Shown here in pieces: positions 1-9,510 of a stretch of 64,000 nt of DNA. This DNA comes from an uncultured Desulfatitalea sp. (GTDB lineage: Bacteria; Desulfobacterota; Desulfobacteria; Desulfobacterales; Desulfosarcinaceae): positions 2,592,001 through 2,656,000 of the forward strand of contig CAXXMB010000002.1 in the NCBI GenBank assembly GCA_963668675.2. The letters are read 5' to 3'. Each line of letters begins with the position of its first letter. The stretch's first letter is position 1. Under the pieces are notes generated by a model, which made no database searches, was not told the origin of the DNA, and saw only the letters and a program-made list of their open reading frames with translations. The position numbers and the translations under genes are program-made.

Positions 1-867
1 AGGATGGTTGAAAAAGACGTGATCCCGGCATGGGGTAAACGGAAAGTGGCCGACGTTACCCGGCGGGATGCCGTCCTTTTAATTGACAAGGTGCGTAAGA
101 GGGCGCCGGTCGGGGCCAGTCGTCTGCAATCTATAATGGTTCGCATGTGGAATTTTGCGGCGGAACGCGGGATCATTGATTTTTCTCCCATGGTGGGCAT
201 GCGACGGCCGAAAGAAAAACCAAAAACGCGCGTATTGTCCAACGACGAAATCAAGAAGTTGTGGGATGGCTTGGATCTCGAAAACATTAGGATTGACATT
301 TATCGACCGACAAAACTTGCTATTAAGCTGATTCTCTTGCTTGGTCAACGCCCTGGTGAAGTATCCAATATGCGATGGTTGGAAATCGATGAGCAGACCA
401 ATATCTGGACAATACCGCCAGAGAGGGCCAAAAACCGCCAGGAAAACCGCGTACCCTTGAACCGAATGGCGCTCGAAATTCTTAAACAGGCAAAAGTGTA
501 TTCACCCGACGATGACACGGACTTCGTTTTTAGATCCAGCTACAAGCCGAAGCAGGCATTGAGCCGAGCCGCAATAGGAAAGGCAATCCACCGCCATTGG
601 GGAAAGGATGAGATGGGGCTTGATGAGCCGTTTACGCCCCATGATCTGCGCCGAACTGTGCGAACCCGGCTTGCTGAAATCGGTATTGCTGATGTCATAG
701 CCGAACGGGTTCTTGGCCACAAGTTGCAGGGGCTTCTGGCTGTTTACAATCAACATTCATATGATGCAGAGAAGCGGCAAGCGTTGCAAAATTGGGAACA
801 AAGGCTCCAGGAAATATTAGGGCTTTCAAAACCAAGCGAAAAGGTTATTCTATTTGCACCAAGGTAG
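1..867 (+). CDS. Tyrosine recombinase / phage integrase (P4-like), 5'-truncated by the window edge
   Basis: ORF open from the window start. Catalytic motifs LLLGQRPGEV (R), AKN (K), FTPHDLRRT (HxxR), LGH and VYN (Y). Confidence 0.93.
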   Translation, partial: RMVEKDVIPAWGKRKVADVTRRDAVLLIDKVRKRAPVGASRLQSIMVRMWNFAAERGIIDFSPMVGMRRPKEKPKTRVLSNDEIKKLWDGLDLENIRIDIYRPTKLAIKLILLLGQRPGEVSNMRWLEIDEQTNIWTIPPERAKNRQENRVPLNRMALEILKQAKVYSPDDDTDFVFRSSYKPKQALSRAAIGKAIHRHWGKDEMGLDEPFTPHDLRRTVRTRLAEIGIADVIAERVLGHKLQGLLAVYNQHSYDAEKRQALQNWEQRLQEILGLSKPSEKVILFAPR

Positions 868-892
868 CCCAACTTATTCCTAAATAATTTTT

Positions 893-1963
893 CCCGGTTC
901 TCTATGAAACTTAAGTTGCGTAATATTCAGAAATCGGGTCCATATCCCACGCTATTTTGGGATAGGTAATTTTCGTCGATGTCATTGCTATTTGCACTAA
1001 TCGCATGAACTTTTTGCCGATGCTCTTTGACTTTCTGCGATTGAAACGAAACGCATACTCGTCAAGATAGTTTTGAAGATACTTGGGTTCGAAACGACCC
1101 TGAAACGTTCCACGGATAAGCCTTTTTACAAGAGACGTTACCAGATGAACACCATACAGGCTTTCGTTATCCTTGGAACTGCTTTGAATAGATCTTTCAT
1201 GGTAAGTACCTTCAATAAAGTTGTACCCGCTCCATGAATCTGTGGCGATTGTGCTGCCGGATTGTACATTATTAAGGATGAACGTTTCTAATGAATAGGA
1301 GGAACAATCCAAGGCTACTTGCAGGCGAACACGACCCATTCGCTTTTTCACGTTTCATCTTTCTACCGCAATAGCTACGATTGTTTTGCCCTCAGCGCCG
1401 CGGCCCCTTTTGCCAGACTTTTGGCCGCCGATGAAAAATTCATCCACTTCAACGCGCCCGGATAGTTTACTACGCCCCTGGCGTATGGTGCATCGTCTGA
1501 GTTTTTGCAGCCAGGTCCAAGCTGTTCCATAGCTGCCAAAACCTAAAAGTTCTTTGAGATTAGTGGCATTGATCCCGGATTTTCGTGTGGTAAACCACCA
1601 CATGGCCTTAAACCAATAAGTAATCGGGCTTTTTGTACTGTCCATAATGGTACCAGCGGTCAATGAATGTGTATGTTCACACTGAGTGCAGATATAAAGA
1701 TTGCGTGCGCTGACCCAGCATTTAGTGTGACCGCATTTTTTGCAGGTAAATCCGTCGGGCCACTTTTGATCAAATAGATACTGGTAACATGCTTTAGGTT
1801 CAGAAAAACGTTGATCGAACTCAATCTCATTTTTAGGAAAATCTTCGGTAATCGTAAACTTTGTCATAACGGCCTCCTTTGTTGTTTTGAGGCTATTATA
1901 ACAGTGGTGTGTGACAGATCCGGTCACACCTTAACGCAAACTTAAGTTTCATAGAGAACCGGG
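893..1963 (-). mobile_element. IS1595-family insertion sequence
   Basis: Perfect 25-bp TIRs CCCGGTTCTCTATGAAACTTAAGTT (893-917 and 1939-1963). 8-bp TSD TAATTTTT (885-892, 1964-1971). Encodes a DDE transposase. Confidence 0.95.
911..1867 (-). pseudogene. IS1595-family transposase interrupted by an in-frame TGA (1355-1357)
   Basis: N-terminal Zn ribbon (CKKC..CTQC), VEVDE, TDSW and YLDEYAFRFNRR motifs. The two track ORFs are in one frame: VER-TGA-NVKK. RBS AGGAGG precedes ATG 1867. Confidence 0.85.
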
Positions 1964-2136
1964 TAATTTTTTACAAAACGCTTGACGAGGTATTTAAGCT
2001 CAAGCATATTCATTAATATGTAATGAACTGAATACTTCCTCTGGGCAACTCTATTGCGCTTCGTCCAGAGGGTTATTCAATAGACTAAATATCTTTCCCG
2101 GGCCACATTGACACACCCGGGCATGCCAGCCACGCG

Positions 2137-2191
2137 AAAGCCACGCTGGAACGATGGGATAAATCCCGTCTGTTTCCAGTGTGGCTTTTTT
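2137..2191 (+). terminator. Long hairpin plus U-tract in the leader upstream of alpA (terminator/attenuator-like)
   Basis: AAAGCCACGCTGGAACGATGGGAT pairs with ATCCCGTCTGTTTCCAGTGTGGCTTT and is followed by a T-run. Confidence 0.55.
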
Positions 2192-2228
2192 ATTGCCCGA
2201 TTCGATTTATTACACTTACGGAGGTTTT

Positions 2229-2426
2229 ATGAAAAAGATTTCAAGCAATGACCGTATCCTAAGGAAGCCTGAGGTTGGCTTTAAGACCGGTCTCTCTGAT
2301 CCAACGATCTGGAGAATGGAGAGAGACGGAAAATTTCCCAAAAGGCTTAAAATGGGAGGCAAGTCCGTTGGTTGGCTTGAATCAGAAATAATCGCTTGGA
2401 TTCAGGAAAAAATAAGAGAGAGATAA
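2229..2426 (+). CDS. AlpA-family transcriptional regulator / excisionase
   Basis: RILRKPEV..KTGLSDPTIWRMERDGKFPKRLKMG.KSVGWLESEI is a typical AlpA pattern. RBS GGAGG precedes ATG 2229. Confidence 0.9.
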   Translation: MKKISSNDRILRKPEVGFKTGLSDPTIWRMERDGKFPKRLKMGGKSVGWLESEIIAWIQEKIRER

Positions 2427-2658
2427 ATCGATGCGACCAGACGAATTTGAAAATACCCCCTTGGTTCAACAGCGAATGAAGCTGCTGGATGCTGAGGTTA
2501 AGCCATGACGCCGAAGCAGGCAGTCAGAAAGATGTGCGTTCGATGTGTTCAATCACCGTTTGATTTGGATAATTGCGGTGGTAATCGCATGATCGGCACC
2601 GGAGGCGATGAGAACAATGTCTGTTTTTTTGTAAGCGTCAAAGGAAGTACACCTGCAG

Positions 2659-4251
2659 CTATACGCGTGATGAGCTGATCAGTTCAGGATCGATATTCTG
2701 AGGTAGCAGGTTGCGATAACCATCTTGATTTTTGACAAGCGGAAGATTTTCAAACAAACAGCGAAGATAAGAATAAGGCTCCAGCCCATTGGCCTTGGCG
2801 GTTTCAATCAGGGTAAAAAACGTTGCTGCGGCATCAGCCCCATTGGGTGCACCGGCAAATAGCCAATTTTTTCTTCCTACAACGAATGGGCGGATGGCAT
2901 TTTCGGCAGCGTTGTTGTCAGGTTTATAATGCCCATCTTCGATATACACAGCCAGCTTGGACCAGTTGCGGAGGCTATAGTTGATCGCGATGCCCAAAAG
3001 CCCTTTCGGAGGTGTTAACGGCTGCGTCTTTTCCAGCCACTTTTCAAACGCATCCAGGATCGGCTTGGCTTTCTCCTGGCGAAGGGCATGGACCTGCTCC
3101 GGTGACATCTGTTGATCCCGAGCGAACCTTTCAACTTTGTACAATAGGCCGATGTACTCCAACGCCTCATCTGCCAGGGTTTGGGTATCGGCCCGGTTGC
3201 CCCGGTTTTTTTTACGGGCCTTGATCACCTCGGCGAACTTGCGACGGGCATGCGCCCAGCATCCCATGTGTACGATGCCGGTCTTTTTGCCCAGGTAGTC
3301 ATAGCCATCATAATCGTCGCTTTGGATCGTGCCTTTGTAATCATCCAAAAACGTCAAGGCTACTTTACCGCTGCGGGTGGGATGATACCGGTACAACACG
3401 CTCGGCCGATCGTATTGCCCACCGCAAAAGACCCACATGTAAGATTTACTGGTGTTGGCCCGGCCGGGCTCTTTTAAGACCTGAAGCGGCGTTTCGTCCA
3501 TCTGGATCAAGGGGCCCTCCCGGATCTGTTGCTCGACCAATTCGATCAGGGGGCTGCATCGCCGGGCTGCCTGCACCAGCCAATTGGCCATGGTGGCACG
3601 CGACAGATCCACACCCAAGCGGGCAAACATCTTTTGCTGACGGTAAAGCGGCAGGGCGTCAGCAAACTTGGACACGGCAATGTGCGCCAAAAGCCCTTCG
3701 GTGACCATCGACTTTTCGATCAGCTGCACCGGGGCCGGCGCGATCTTTACCGTGGGACCGTCATCTTCAACGCCCTCACAACTTTTGCAGGCGTATTTGT
3801 ACCGGACATGGCGTATCACCTGAACCTTGGCCGGTATATAGTCGAGCTTTTCGCAGGTCTCTTGTCCGATGCGGCTCAGCTTGGCGCCGCAAGCGCACAT
3901 CTTTTGATCTTCGGGCAGATCGTGGATGACCTCGACGCGCGGCAGATCCTCGGGCAACGGTTTGCGACCGCGCTTGCGCCGCTTGTGGGCAGGAACAACG
4001 ATCGTGTCCTGTGATGTTGGGACTGGATCGGGCGTATCGTCCAGTTGACCAAAAATCGGCATTTGGCGGTTATCGCCCTGGCGGCGCTGTTCACTCTTTT
4101 TCCCAAACAGCTCGTTTTGCAACAATCGGATGCGCTCTTCCAGGTAATGGATCTTTTCCTGGTACTTTTGATCGATGGCTTCGATAAAAGAAGCAATGTC
4201 TTGCTTGGATAAGCGAACATCATCAGGCAGGCTGGACAGGTCCGATTTCAT
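2659..4251 (-). CDS. tnpC: IS66 transposase TnpC
   Basis: FGKKSE, Zn finger, MDETP, CWAHARRKF and NNAAENAIRP..GRKNWLF motifs. Confidence 0.95.
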   Translation of the reverse strand: MKSDLSSLPDDVRLSKQDIASFIEAIDQKYQEKIHYLEERIRLLQNELFGKKSEQRRQGDNRQMPIFGQLDDTPDPVPTSQDTIVVPAHKRRKRGRKPLPEDLPRVEVIHDLPEDQKMCACGAKLSRIGQETCEKLDYIPAKVQVIRHVRYKYACKSCEGVEDDGPTVKIAPAPVQLIEKSMVTEGLLAHIAVSKFADALPLYRQQKMFARLGVDLSRATMANWLVQAARRCSPLIELVEQQIREGPLIQMDETPLQVLKEPGRANTSKSYMWVFCGGQYDRPSVLYRYHPTRSGKVALTFLDDYKGTIQSDDYDGYDYLGKKTGIVHMGCWAHARRKFAEVIKARKKNRGNRADTQTLADEALEYIGLLYKVERFARDQQMSPEQVHALRQEKAKPILDAFEKWLEKTQPLTPPKGLLGIAINYSLRNWSKLAVYIEDGHYKPDNNAAENAIRPFVVGRKNWLFAGAPNGADAAATFFTLIETAKANGLEPYSYLRCLFENLPLVKNQDGYRNLLPQNIDPELISSSRV

Positions 4252-4315
4252 GCCTGCGTGTATAGCATAACCGGCCGTTATTTTGAAGGGAATTTCTTAA
4301 AAAGAAGTAAAATAT

Positions 4316-4663
4316 TTATGCTACCGCAGAGTAGTATAATTGCTCGTGGGCACTAGTAAAGTCCAGGCCCGCCAGAAGCCAGTTCAACTGTTTAGCGCCG
4401 ATGGTCACCACCTCGTCAACTGATATCGGCCATTTGAAGCGATGCTTTTCAAGACGCTTGAGCCACAGACAAAAACCGTTGTGGTCCCAGTACAGGATCT
4501 TGATGATGGTGCGCGCCCGATTGCAAAACACGAACAGATCCCCTGAAAAGGGGTTTAACGACATGTCCTGCTCGACCATGATCGAAAGCCCGTTGATGGC
4601 CTTTCTCATATCGGTGTGCCCGACGGCGAGAAATACGCGCTGAGTGTTTTGCGGCAGCATCAT
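4316..4663 (-). CDS. tnpB: IS66 accessory protein TnpB
   Basis: TDMRKAINGL..LFVFCNR..KILYWD.NGFCLWLKRLE motif. ATGA overlap with the tnpA stop. Confidence 0.93.
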   Translation of the reverse strand: MMLPQNTQRVFLAVGHTDMRKAINGLSIMVEQDMSLNPFSGDLFVFCNRARTIIKILYWDHNGFCLWLKRLEKHRFKWPISVDEVVTIGAKQLNWLLAGLDFTSAHEQLYYSAVA

Positions 4664-4992
4664 AGCACCTTGATCGTTGCGATGAGTTGTCGCAGCACAT
4701 GCGGATCGAAGTTGCCGGGGACATCGATACAAAACCCGTTGGGGGTGTGCAATTTCAATGTTGCCTGATGAACCGGCACGGGAAGATGGGATGCCACTTT
4801 CAGCGGTACGAATGAGATGCTCTGCTCGGTTTTTGACAAGCGGTTTTTCCAGTAGCTCATCTGGTATTGCTTGATCCCGTGCTCCTGGCAATAGGCTGCT
4901 TGCTTCAAACCACTTTGTTGCCAGGCGTTAATGTGGTGTTGCCAATACTTGCGCTTTTGTTTGCGAGTTTTGTTCGAACTGGTGGTGCTCAT
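4660..4992 (-). CDS. tnpA: IS66 accessory protein TnpA
   Basis: YWQHHINAWQQSGLKQAAYCQEHGI..YWK HTH. First gene of the element. Confidence 0.88.
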   Translation of the reverse strand: MSTTSSNKTRKQKRKYWQHHINAWQQSGLKQAAYCQEHGIKQYQMSYWKNRLSKTEQSISFVPLKVASHLPVPVHQATLKLHTPNGFCIDVPGNFDPHVLRQLIATIKVL

Positions 4993-5410
4993 CTGTGCGC
5001 CTCCTTATCGGAAATTTTGGCGCACTATGGCATGGCTGCTATCGTTTGAGAAGATGGGGTTAATTGAACCCTTACGTTTTTTTTCCCCATACCGGCTGGG
5101 CGACGGCCGACCATCGGTGAAGACCATTCGAAAATTCTGCATTGAATGTATGGGGGGCAGCAACACCTTGGTGCGAGGATGTGCAGATGGTAATTGTCCA
5201 TTGCACCCCTTTCGCTTTGGAACCAACCCGAACAGATCTGGAGTTACAAAAAAAGTCGTCGAAACAGCACGCTGAAGTGGCTTTTTGCGATGAAATTTAA
5301 ACGAACCGAGCAAGGTGCATGCAATTGGTTGGCGCGGGCCTGGGCAGTCCGTGAAAAAATGAATTCCATGGCCCCGGAATTCACCGACCACACATTATCG
5401 AGGGGCTATT

Positions 5411-5947
5411 ATGAAGCATACAGACGATGAACCGACCGGCGGAATCTACTTTGAGAGGAAAATCTATCGCTCCATGGCATTCCTGGAGCTATCAAAAAAT
5501 GCGCGCATGGTACTCTTGGCAATGTTAGACGCCCGCCAGGTAAACCCGGCGTATAAAAAAGCCGCGAAGCAGGGACACCGTGCAGACCGATATGTTGATC
5601 TTGATAAAATTAAGATGCCGTACACCACCCTGCATAAAGACTTCGGTATGCCGGTGCAATCCATTCCACGTGCGATTGATGACCTCTTAGCTAAAGGCTT
5701 TATCGAAATCAAACATGTCGGCGGCGCTGGCGAACACGATATGTCAGTTTATGCGCTTATCGAAGATTATTTGCAATGGACAGATGGCAAAGTATTCCGA
5801 CAGCGAAAACGGGATGGCATACGCCGAGGATACCAGGGACGAAAGCTTGGTGTTATCTCCAACCAAAAACAAAGCTCGCACTCAAAAAGCGAGACTTATA
5901 CACACTCAAAAAATGAGGTTTTTGGTACTCAAAATGCGAGACTCTAA
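5411..5947 (+). CDS. Winged-helix DNA-binding protein (phage replication-initiator-like)
   Basis: RBS GAGGGG. Pattern LSKNARMVL...SIPRAIDDLLAKGFIEI resembles HTH rep-like proteins of integrative elements. Confidence 0.55.
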   Translation: MKHTDDEPTGGIYFERKIYRSMAFLELSKNARMVLLAMLDARQVNPAYKKAAKQGHRADRYVDLDKIKMPYTTLHKDFGMPVQSIPRAIDDLLAKGFIEIKHVGGAGEHDMSVYALIEDYLQWTDGKVFRQRKRDGIRRGYQGRKLGVISNQKQSSHSKSETYTHSKNEVFGTQNARL

Positions 5948-6104
5948 TTTTCTAAATCCAGCAGTGACGGACATGTCTGTTAAGCCGGAAGGGTCACGTT
6001 TTGAGCGTACTAACATGTATATCATGGGGGAGACCCCATTAAAAACCATGGGGAAAGGTGGCGCAACCGACCCTGACCCCAAAACAGGCACGAAGGAGAA
6101 GAAA

Positions 6105-6563
6105 TTGAAGGTTCTATCCCTTGATTTGGCGACCCGAACCGGATGGGCTGCCAATGACGGTAAACGCTGTGGCTTGATGACTTTCGACCTAAAGCGCGGA
6201 GAAAGCCCCGGTATGAGATTTTTAAGGTGTCGAGCCTGGTTGAAAGAAATGTATGCCCTCTTTGGTGGTCTGGACCTCATTGTTTATGAACAGGCTCACC
6301 ACAGAGGGGGTGCGGCAACCGTTTGTTGTGTTGGGTTGGTTACTGAAGTTCAAGCCTTTGCAGCGAACCACAATATAGAACTGATGCCGGTTCATACTGC
6401 CACATTGAAGAAGTTTGCGACCGGCAAAGGCAATGCTGGTAAGTCGGAGATGATCAAGGCGGCAGAGAATAGAGGGTGGAAGGTTTCTGACGACAATGAG
6501 GCGGACGCGGTTCTTCTGTTGGAATATGCGGCCGAAGAATTAAAAATACACAATTACGTATGA
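6105..6563 (+). CDS. RuvC-like (RNase H fold) Holliday-junction resolvase, phage type
   Basis: VLSLDLATRTGWA, IVYEQ, LKKFATGKGNA.K and DDNEADA acidic motifs. TTG start with AAGGAG RBS; start inferred. Confidence 0.8.
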   Translation: MKVLSLDLATRTGWAANDGKRCGLMTFDLKRGESPGMRFLRCRAWLKEMYALFGGLDLIVYEQAHHRGGAATVCCVGLVTEVQAFAANHNIELMPVHTATLKKFATGKGNAGKSEMIKAAENRGWKVSDDNEADAVLLLEYAAEELKIHNYV

Positions 6564-6594
6564 ATGCAGCTTTCAACCATAAGGAGAGGCAATT

Positions 6595-7248
6595 ATGAGT
6601 GATAAGAATTTTGAAACTGAAAATTTATATACGGGGCTGAGGGGGAAGCTCCTTCTTTGGCTTCGTGCCTATCTCGACGATTCGAATTCATACACTTTTC
6701 TCAGGAAAACAGGTGCAGCTCGAGAGGCTGGATACTCAGAAAAATCCTGTGGGTCGATTGGATGGCAAAACTACAAAAAACTACAAAATAGGATATCAGT
6801 CTGGATGGACGATGAAGGCCTCAGCGAGGTTAGGTTAAAGACCAAGCTGGTGAAATTAATTTATGCTAAAAGGGTCGTTTTTACCAAGGTGAAGGGAAAA
6901 GTTGACTTTTCATCTCTACCAAAAGGCGCTTTCATTGTTGCCGAATCGGCAAAAAGGGCGTTGGCTGACAAGGGTGAAGATGCGGAGGCTTTCGATATTG
7001 GAGATACGGTTGTTGCTATTCCAGTTGAGGACTTGGAAATCCAGCGCAGAGCGTTGGATATGGCTTTAAAGGCTATAGGGCTCTATAAGCCTGTCGAGGC
7101 AAGTGTGACCGTTAAAGAGCATATCGACGATGAGGACAGGGATATGTTGAGGGATATTGCCAAGGAGCTTGGGAGGAGGGCTTTGAAAGATGGTGTGAGG
7201 GGCGCCGGTAGATGCATTGATGATTATGGCCAGAATCGATCTGCATAG
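6595..7248 (+). CDS. Terminase small subunit-like protein
   Basis: AAREAGYS HTH motif and RALDMALKAIGLY C-terminal motif, both typical of TerS. RBS AAGGAG. Confidence 0.6.
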   Translation: MSDKNFETENLYTGLRGKLLLWLRAYLDDSNSYTFLRKTGAAREAGYSEKSCGSIGWQNYKKLQNRISVWMDDEGLSEVRLKTKLVKLIYAKRVVFTKVKGKVDFSSLPKGAFIVAESAKRALADKGEDAEAFDIGDTVVAIPVEDLEIQRRALDMALKAIGLYKPVEASVTVKEHIDDEDRDMLRDIAKELGRRALKDGVRGAGRCIDDYGQNRSA

Positions 7249-7696
7249 TAGGTATTTCTGACGCTTTTTGATTTTGAGAGATATGCTGTCCGGTTGGCCG
7301 CTGAAATTATGGCAGCAGAGTGTTTTTCCATTACTCCTGAATCTATTGTTTTATTTCCCAATATGATCGATGGAATAGCTATACCAAAGAATAGTATGGC
7401 ATATGGACTTGCCAACCATAGAATAATTTTGTCACTTTTCACGACTGAGGGCCCCCTTCTTTATAAAGCCCCTAACCGCTGTAAATATTAAGTGCTGCTA
7501 CAAATATAATGGCTATCCATGAAACCAGCTTAATAGATGTCCAGCAGTCGTATCTAATAGGGCTGGGTATTGGCACTCAACCAGCTCACCACCATAGATT
7601 CCTGCTGCTCGGCGCCAAAAAAATGCTTTGGATATATATGGCTCCGGCTTCGATCGGGGCTTTCTTATTGGTTAAGTGCTTAGAAAGATGTAATTT

Positions 7697-7879
7697 TCAG
7701 TCTTTGCCGTGATGGTTTAAATTCTCCGCATGCCAGTCAACACCAAATTTTTCCCTAATATGCTCGAGGCCTGCATTAATTAAAAAGTTTGCCAAGCTGC
7801 GGTTGTCCCGTTCGGCGTACTTTTCGAAAAATTTTTTCATTTTGGGGTCTATTCGCAAGCTGATTAGGATTTTTTTCAT
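7697..7879 (-). CDS. Ribbon-helix-helix (CopG/Arc-like) regulator
   Basis: ISLRIDPKMKKFFEKYAERDNRSLANFLINA is a beta-alpha-alpha RHH pattern. Confidence 0.75.
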   Translation of the reverse strand: MKKILISLRIDPKMKKFFEKYAERDNRSLANFLINAGLEHIREKFGVDWHAENLNHHGKD

Positions 7880-8041
7880 ATTTAAATAATAATATTATAT
7901 CATTTTATTGACAATAAAAAACTTTTGATACTAAATCGATATATATATGATATACAAACGATGACCAATAGGATAATCGACTATTCCAGTATATTGGGTT
8001 ATTAAGTTTGCGTTCTGCTATAGAACTTGAGGAATAGTAAA

Positions 8042-8800
8042 ATGAGACAGAAAATATTTGGTGATTTCAGAGGCGAAATCAGAACCTTAAGCATTCCTAG
8101 TCCTAAGGATGAGGTAATGCCGGGGATTATTTGGGGAAAATATGATGAGCTTTTCACACCGGCTTTTTGGGCCGTACAAGCTTGGCTTTGTGATCCAGAA
8201 TTGAGTTGCCAAATGTATCGACTTGGAGACACCTTTGTCGAGGAAATAGCCGCATGTTTGCTTGGTGGCCATGGGATACCGGCTGACATAGGATTGGCGG
8301 CATATGCTCAAATGAAAGATAGCGGACTTCTTTTTAAGGACGAGGTGTCGGAGGATGATTTTTTTAAAGTCTTAGACGCTCCACTTCAGATAGGAGGGAG
8401 AGAGGTAAGATACAGATTTGCTAGACAGAAATCGAAATATTTGTTTGCTGCTGTCAGCAAGTGTAATCAAGAACCACCGCCAATTAATGATGAACTAATG
8501 CTTAGGGAATGGCTCCTAACCATTCCTGGTATTGGATTTAAAACTTCTGCCTGGATTGTTCGAAATTATCTCTGCAGCGATAAAGTGGCAATAATTGATA
8601 TTCATGTATATAGAGCTGGAGTTCTGGCCGGGATATTTGATCTTCCGTGCAAGGTTCAAAAGAATTATTTAAAAATGGAGCATCGATTTTTACAGTTTGC
8701 TAATGCAATTGGTGCTAAAGCCTCTTTGCTTGACTCAATTATTTGGGAAAATATGCGACGATTGAATAAGACCGCAATAGGGATGTTGGGAACTAATTAA
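8042..8800 (+). CDS. 8-oxoguanine DNA glycosylase-like N-glycosylase/DNA lyase (HhH superfamily, Ogg2-like)
   Basis: YRFARQK and IPGIGFKTSAWIVRN (HhH with catalytic Lys). VAIIDIHV carries the catalytic Asp. Confidence 0.85.
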   Translation: MRQKIFGDFRGEIRTLSIPSPKDEVMPGIIWGKYDELFTPAFWAVQAWLCDPELSCQMYRLGDTFVEEIAACLLGGHGIPADIGLAAYAQMKDSGLLFKDEVSEDDFFKVLDAPLQIGGREVRYRFARQKSKYLFAAVSKCNQEPPPINDELMLREWLLTIPGIGFKTSAWIVRNYLCSDKVAIIDIHVYRAGVLAGIFDLPCKVQKNYLKMEHRFLQFANAIGAKASLLDSIIWENMRRLNKTAIGMLGTN

Positions 8801-8805
8801 ACAAA

Positions 8806-9510
8806 TTACATAGATCTAGTATTAAAATCGGCATTGGTCCCGAACAGGCACCCACCCATACCAGTCAATTTGCCACTAGACGGTAGGATTTCATCTAATT
8901 CTGCATCGCCGGTTATTCCCACCGGACAGCACGATAGACCCAAAGCCTCAGCCACTAGTGTGAGGTGGCCAAGCAAAACACCAGCATCGCGCCAAACCAA
9001 ACTATCTCCATTCTCATATTTCGATAATGTTTTCCCTGCCTGTGCAACAAACCAGAATAGCGTCGCTTGCTGAAGTGGAACTACAGAATCTATTTCCATT
9101 AAGAATAATTCTATCAGAGATTCGCTGATTGACAATGAGCATATGCAATGAGCATATGGGTCGTAAATATACGATAACCATCCTTTTTTGCACGGTCTAA
9201 AAATTACAATATCAATCGGATGGCATCCTCCAGCTGATGCAACCGGGCGATGTTGCCAGGGCACTTGATCTTTTTCCAAGGAATTTTTTTTTATATGTGC
9301 GCTGTACCAAAGGAGGCTTGACAGATAGTTAAGCGTAAGATGGCTGAAATCCCTTCTTGTTTTTCTTTCCAACAAGACACTAAAAAAATCAATTTCGTTC
9401 ATTTCAGTAGGAGTATCGAGGTAAAACCTATCAACAATGGGATATTTGAAATCTGAATACTCCAGTGCATTGGTTAGCGGTTTAGGAGAATTAAGGCTAA
9501 TAGTCTTCAT
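8806..9510 (-). CDS. SagB/ThcOx-type nitroreductase-family flavoprotein
   Basis: ERKTRRDFS, RPVASAGGCHP and RDAGVLLGHLTLVAEALGLSCCPVG motifs. Confidence 0.85.
   Translation of the reverse strand: MKTISLNSPKPLTNALEYSDFKYPIVDRFYLDTPTEMNEIDFFSVLLERKTRRDFSHLTLNYLSSLLWYSAHIKKNSLEKDQVPWQHRPVASAGGCHPIDIVIFRPCKKGWLSYIYDPYAHCICSLSISESLIELFLMEIDSVVPLQQATLFWFVAQAGKTLSKYENGDSLVWRDAGVLLGHLTLVAEALGLSCCPVGITGDAELDEILPSSGKLTGMGGCLFGTNADFNTRSM

Larger units (their letters stand above)
2631..5075 (-). mobile_element. IS66-family insertion sequence
   Basis: Ends GTAAGCGTCAA and TTGAACCCTTAC (GTAA..TTAC). 8-bp TSD GTTTTTTT (2623-2630, 5076-5083). Carries tnpA-tnpB-tnpC. Confidence 0.95.
2505..5275 (+). pseudogene. 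Cys-rich phage-type small protein (105 aa reconstructed) split by IS66
   Basis: Removing IS66 and one TSD joins 2505-2630 to 5084-5275 in frame, giving two related CxxC...C...C..PYR/PFR repeats. Confidence 0.7.

Noticed and set aside
5715..6104. N-terminal extension of the RuvC-like ORF given in the track (282 aa)
   Set aside because: It overlaps the upstream HTH gene, and a TTG with a good RBS at 6105 gives a family-typical start.
7224..7712. Short ORFs between terS and the RHH gene
   Set aside because: Short, overlapping on both strands, no RBS or recognisable motif. Possibly a decayed membrane-protein gene, but unsupported.
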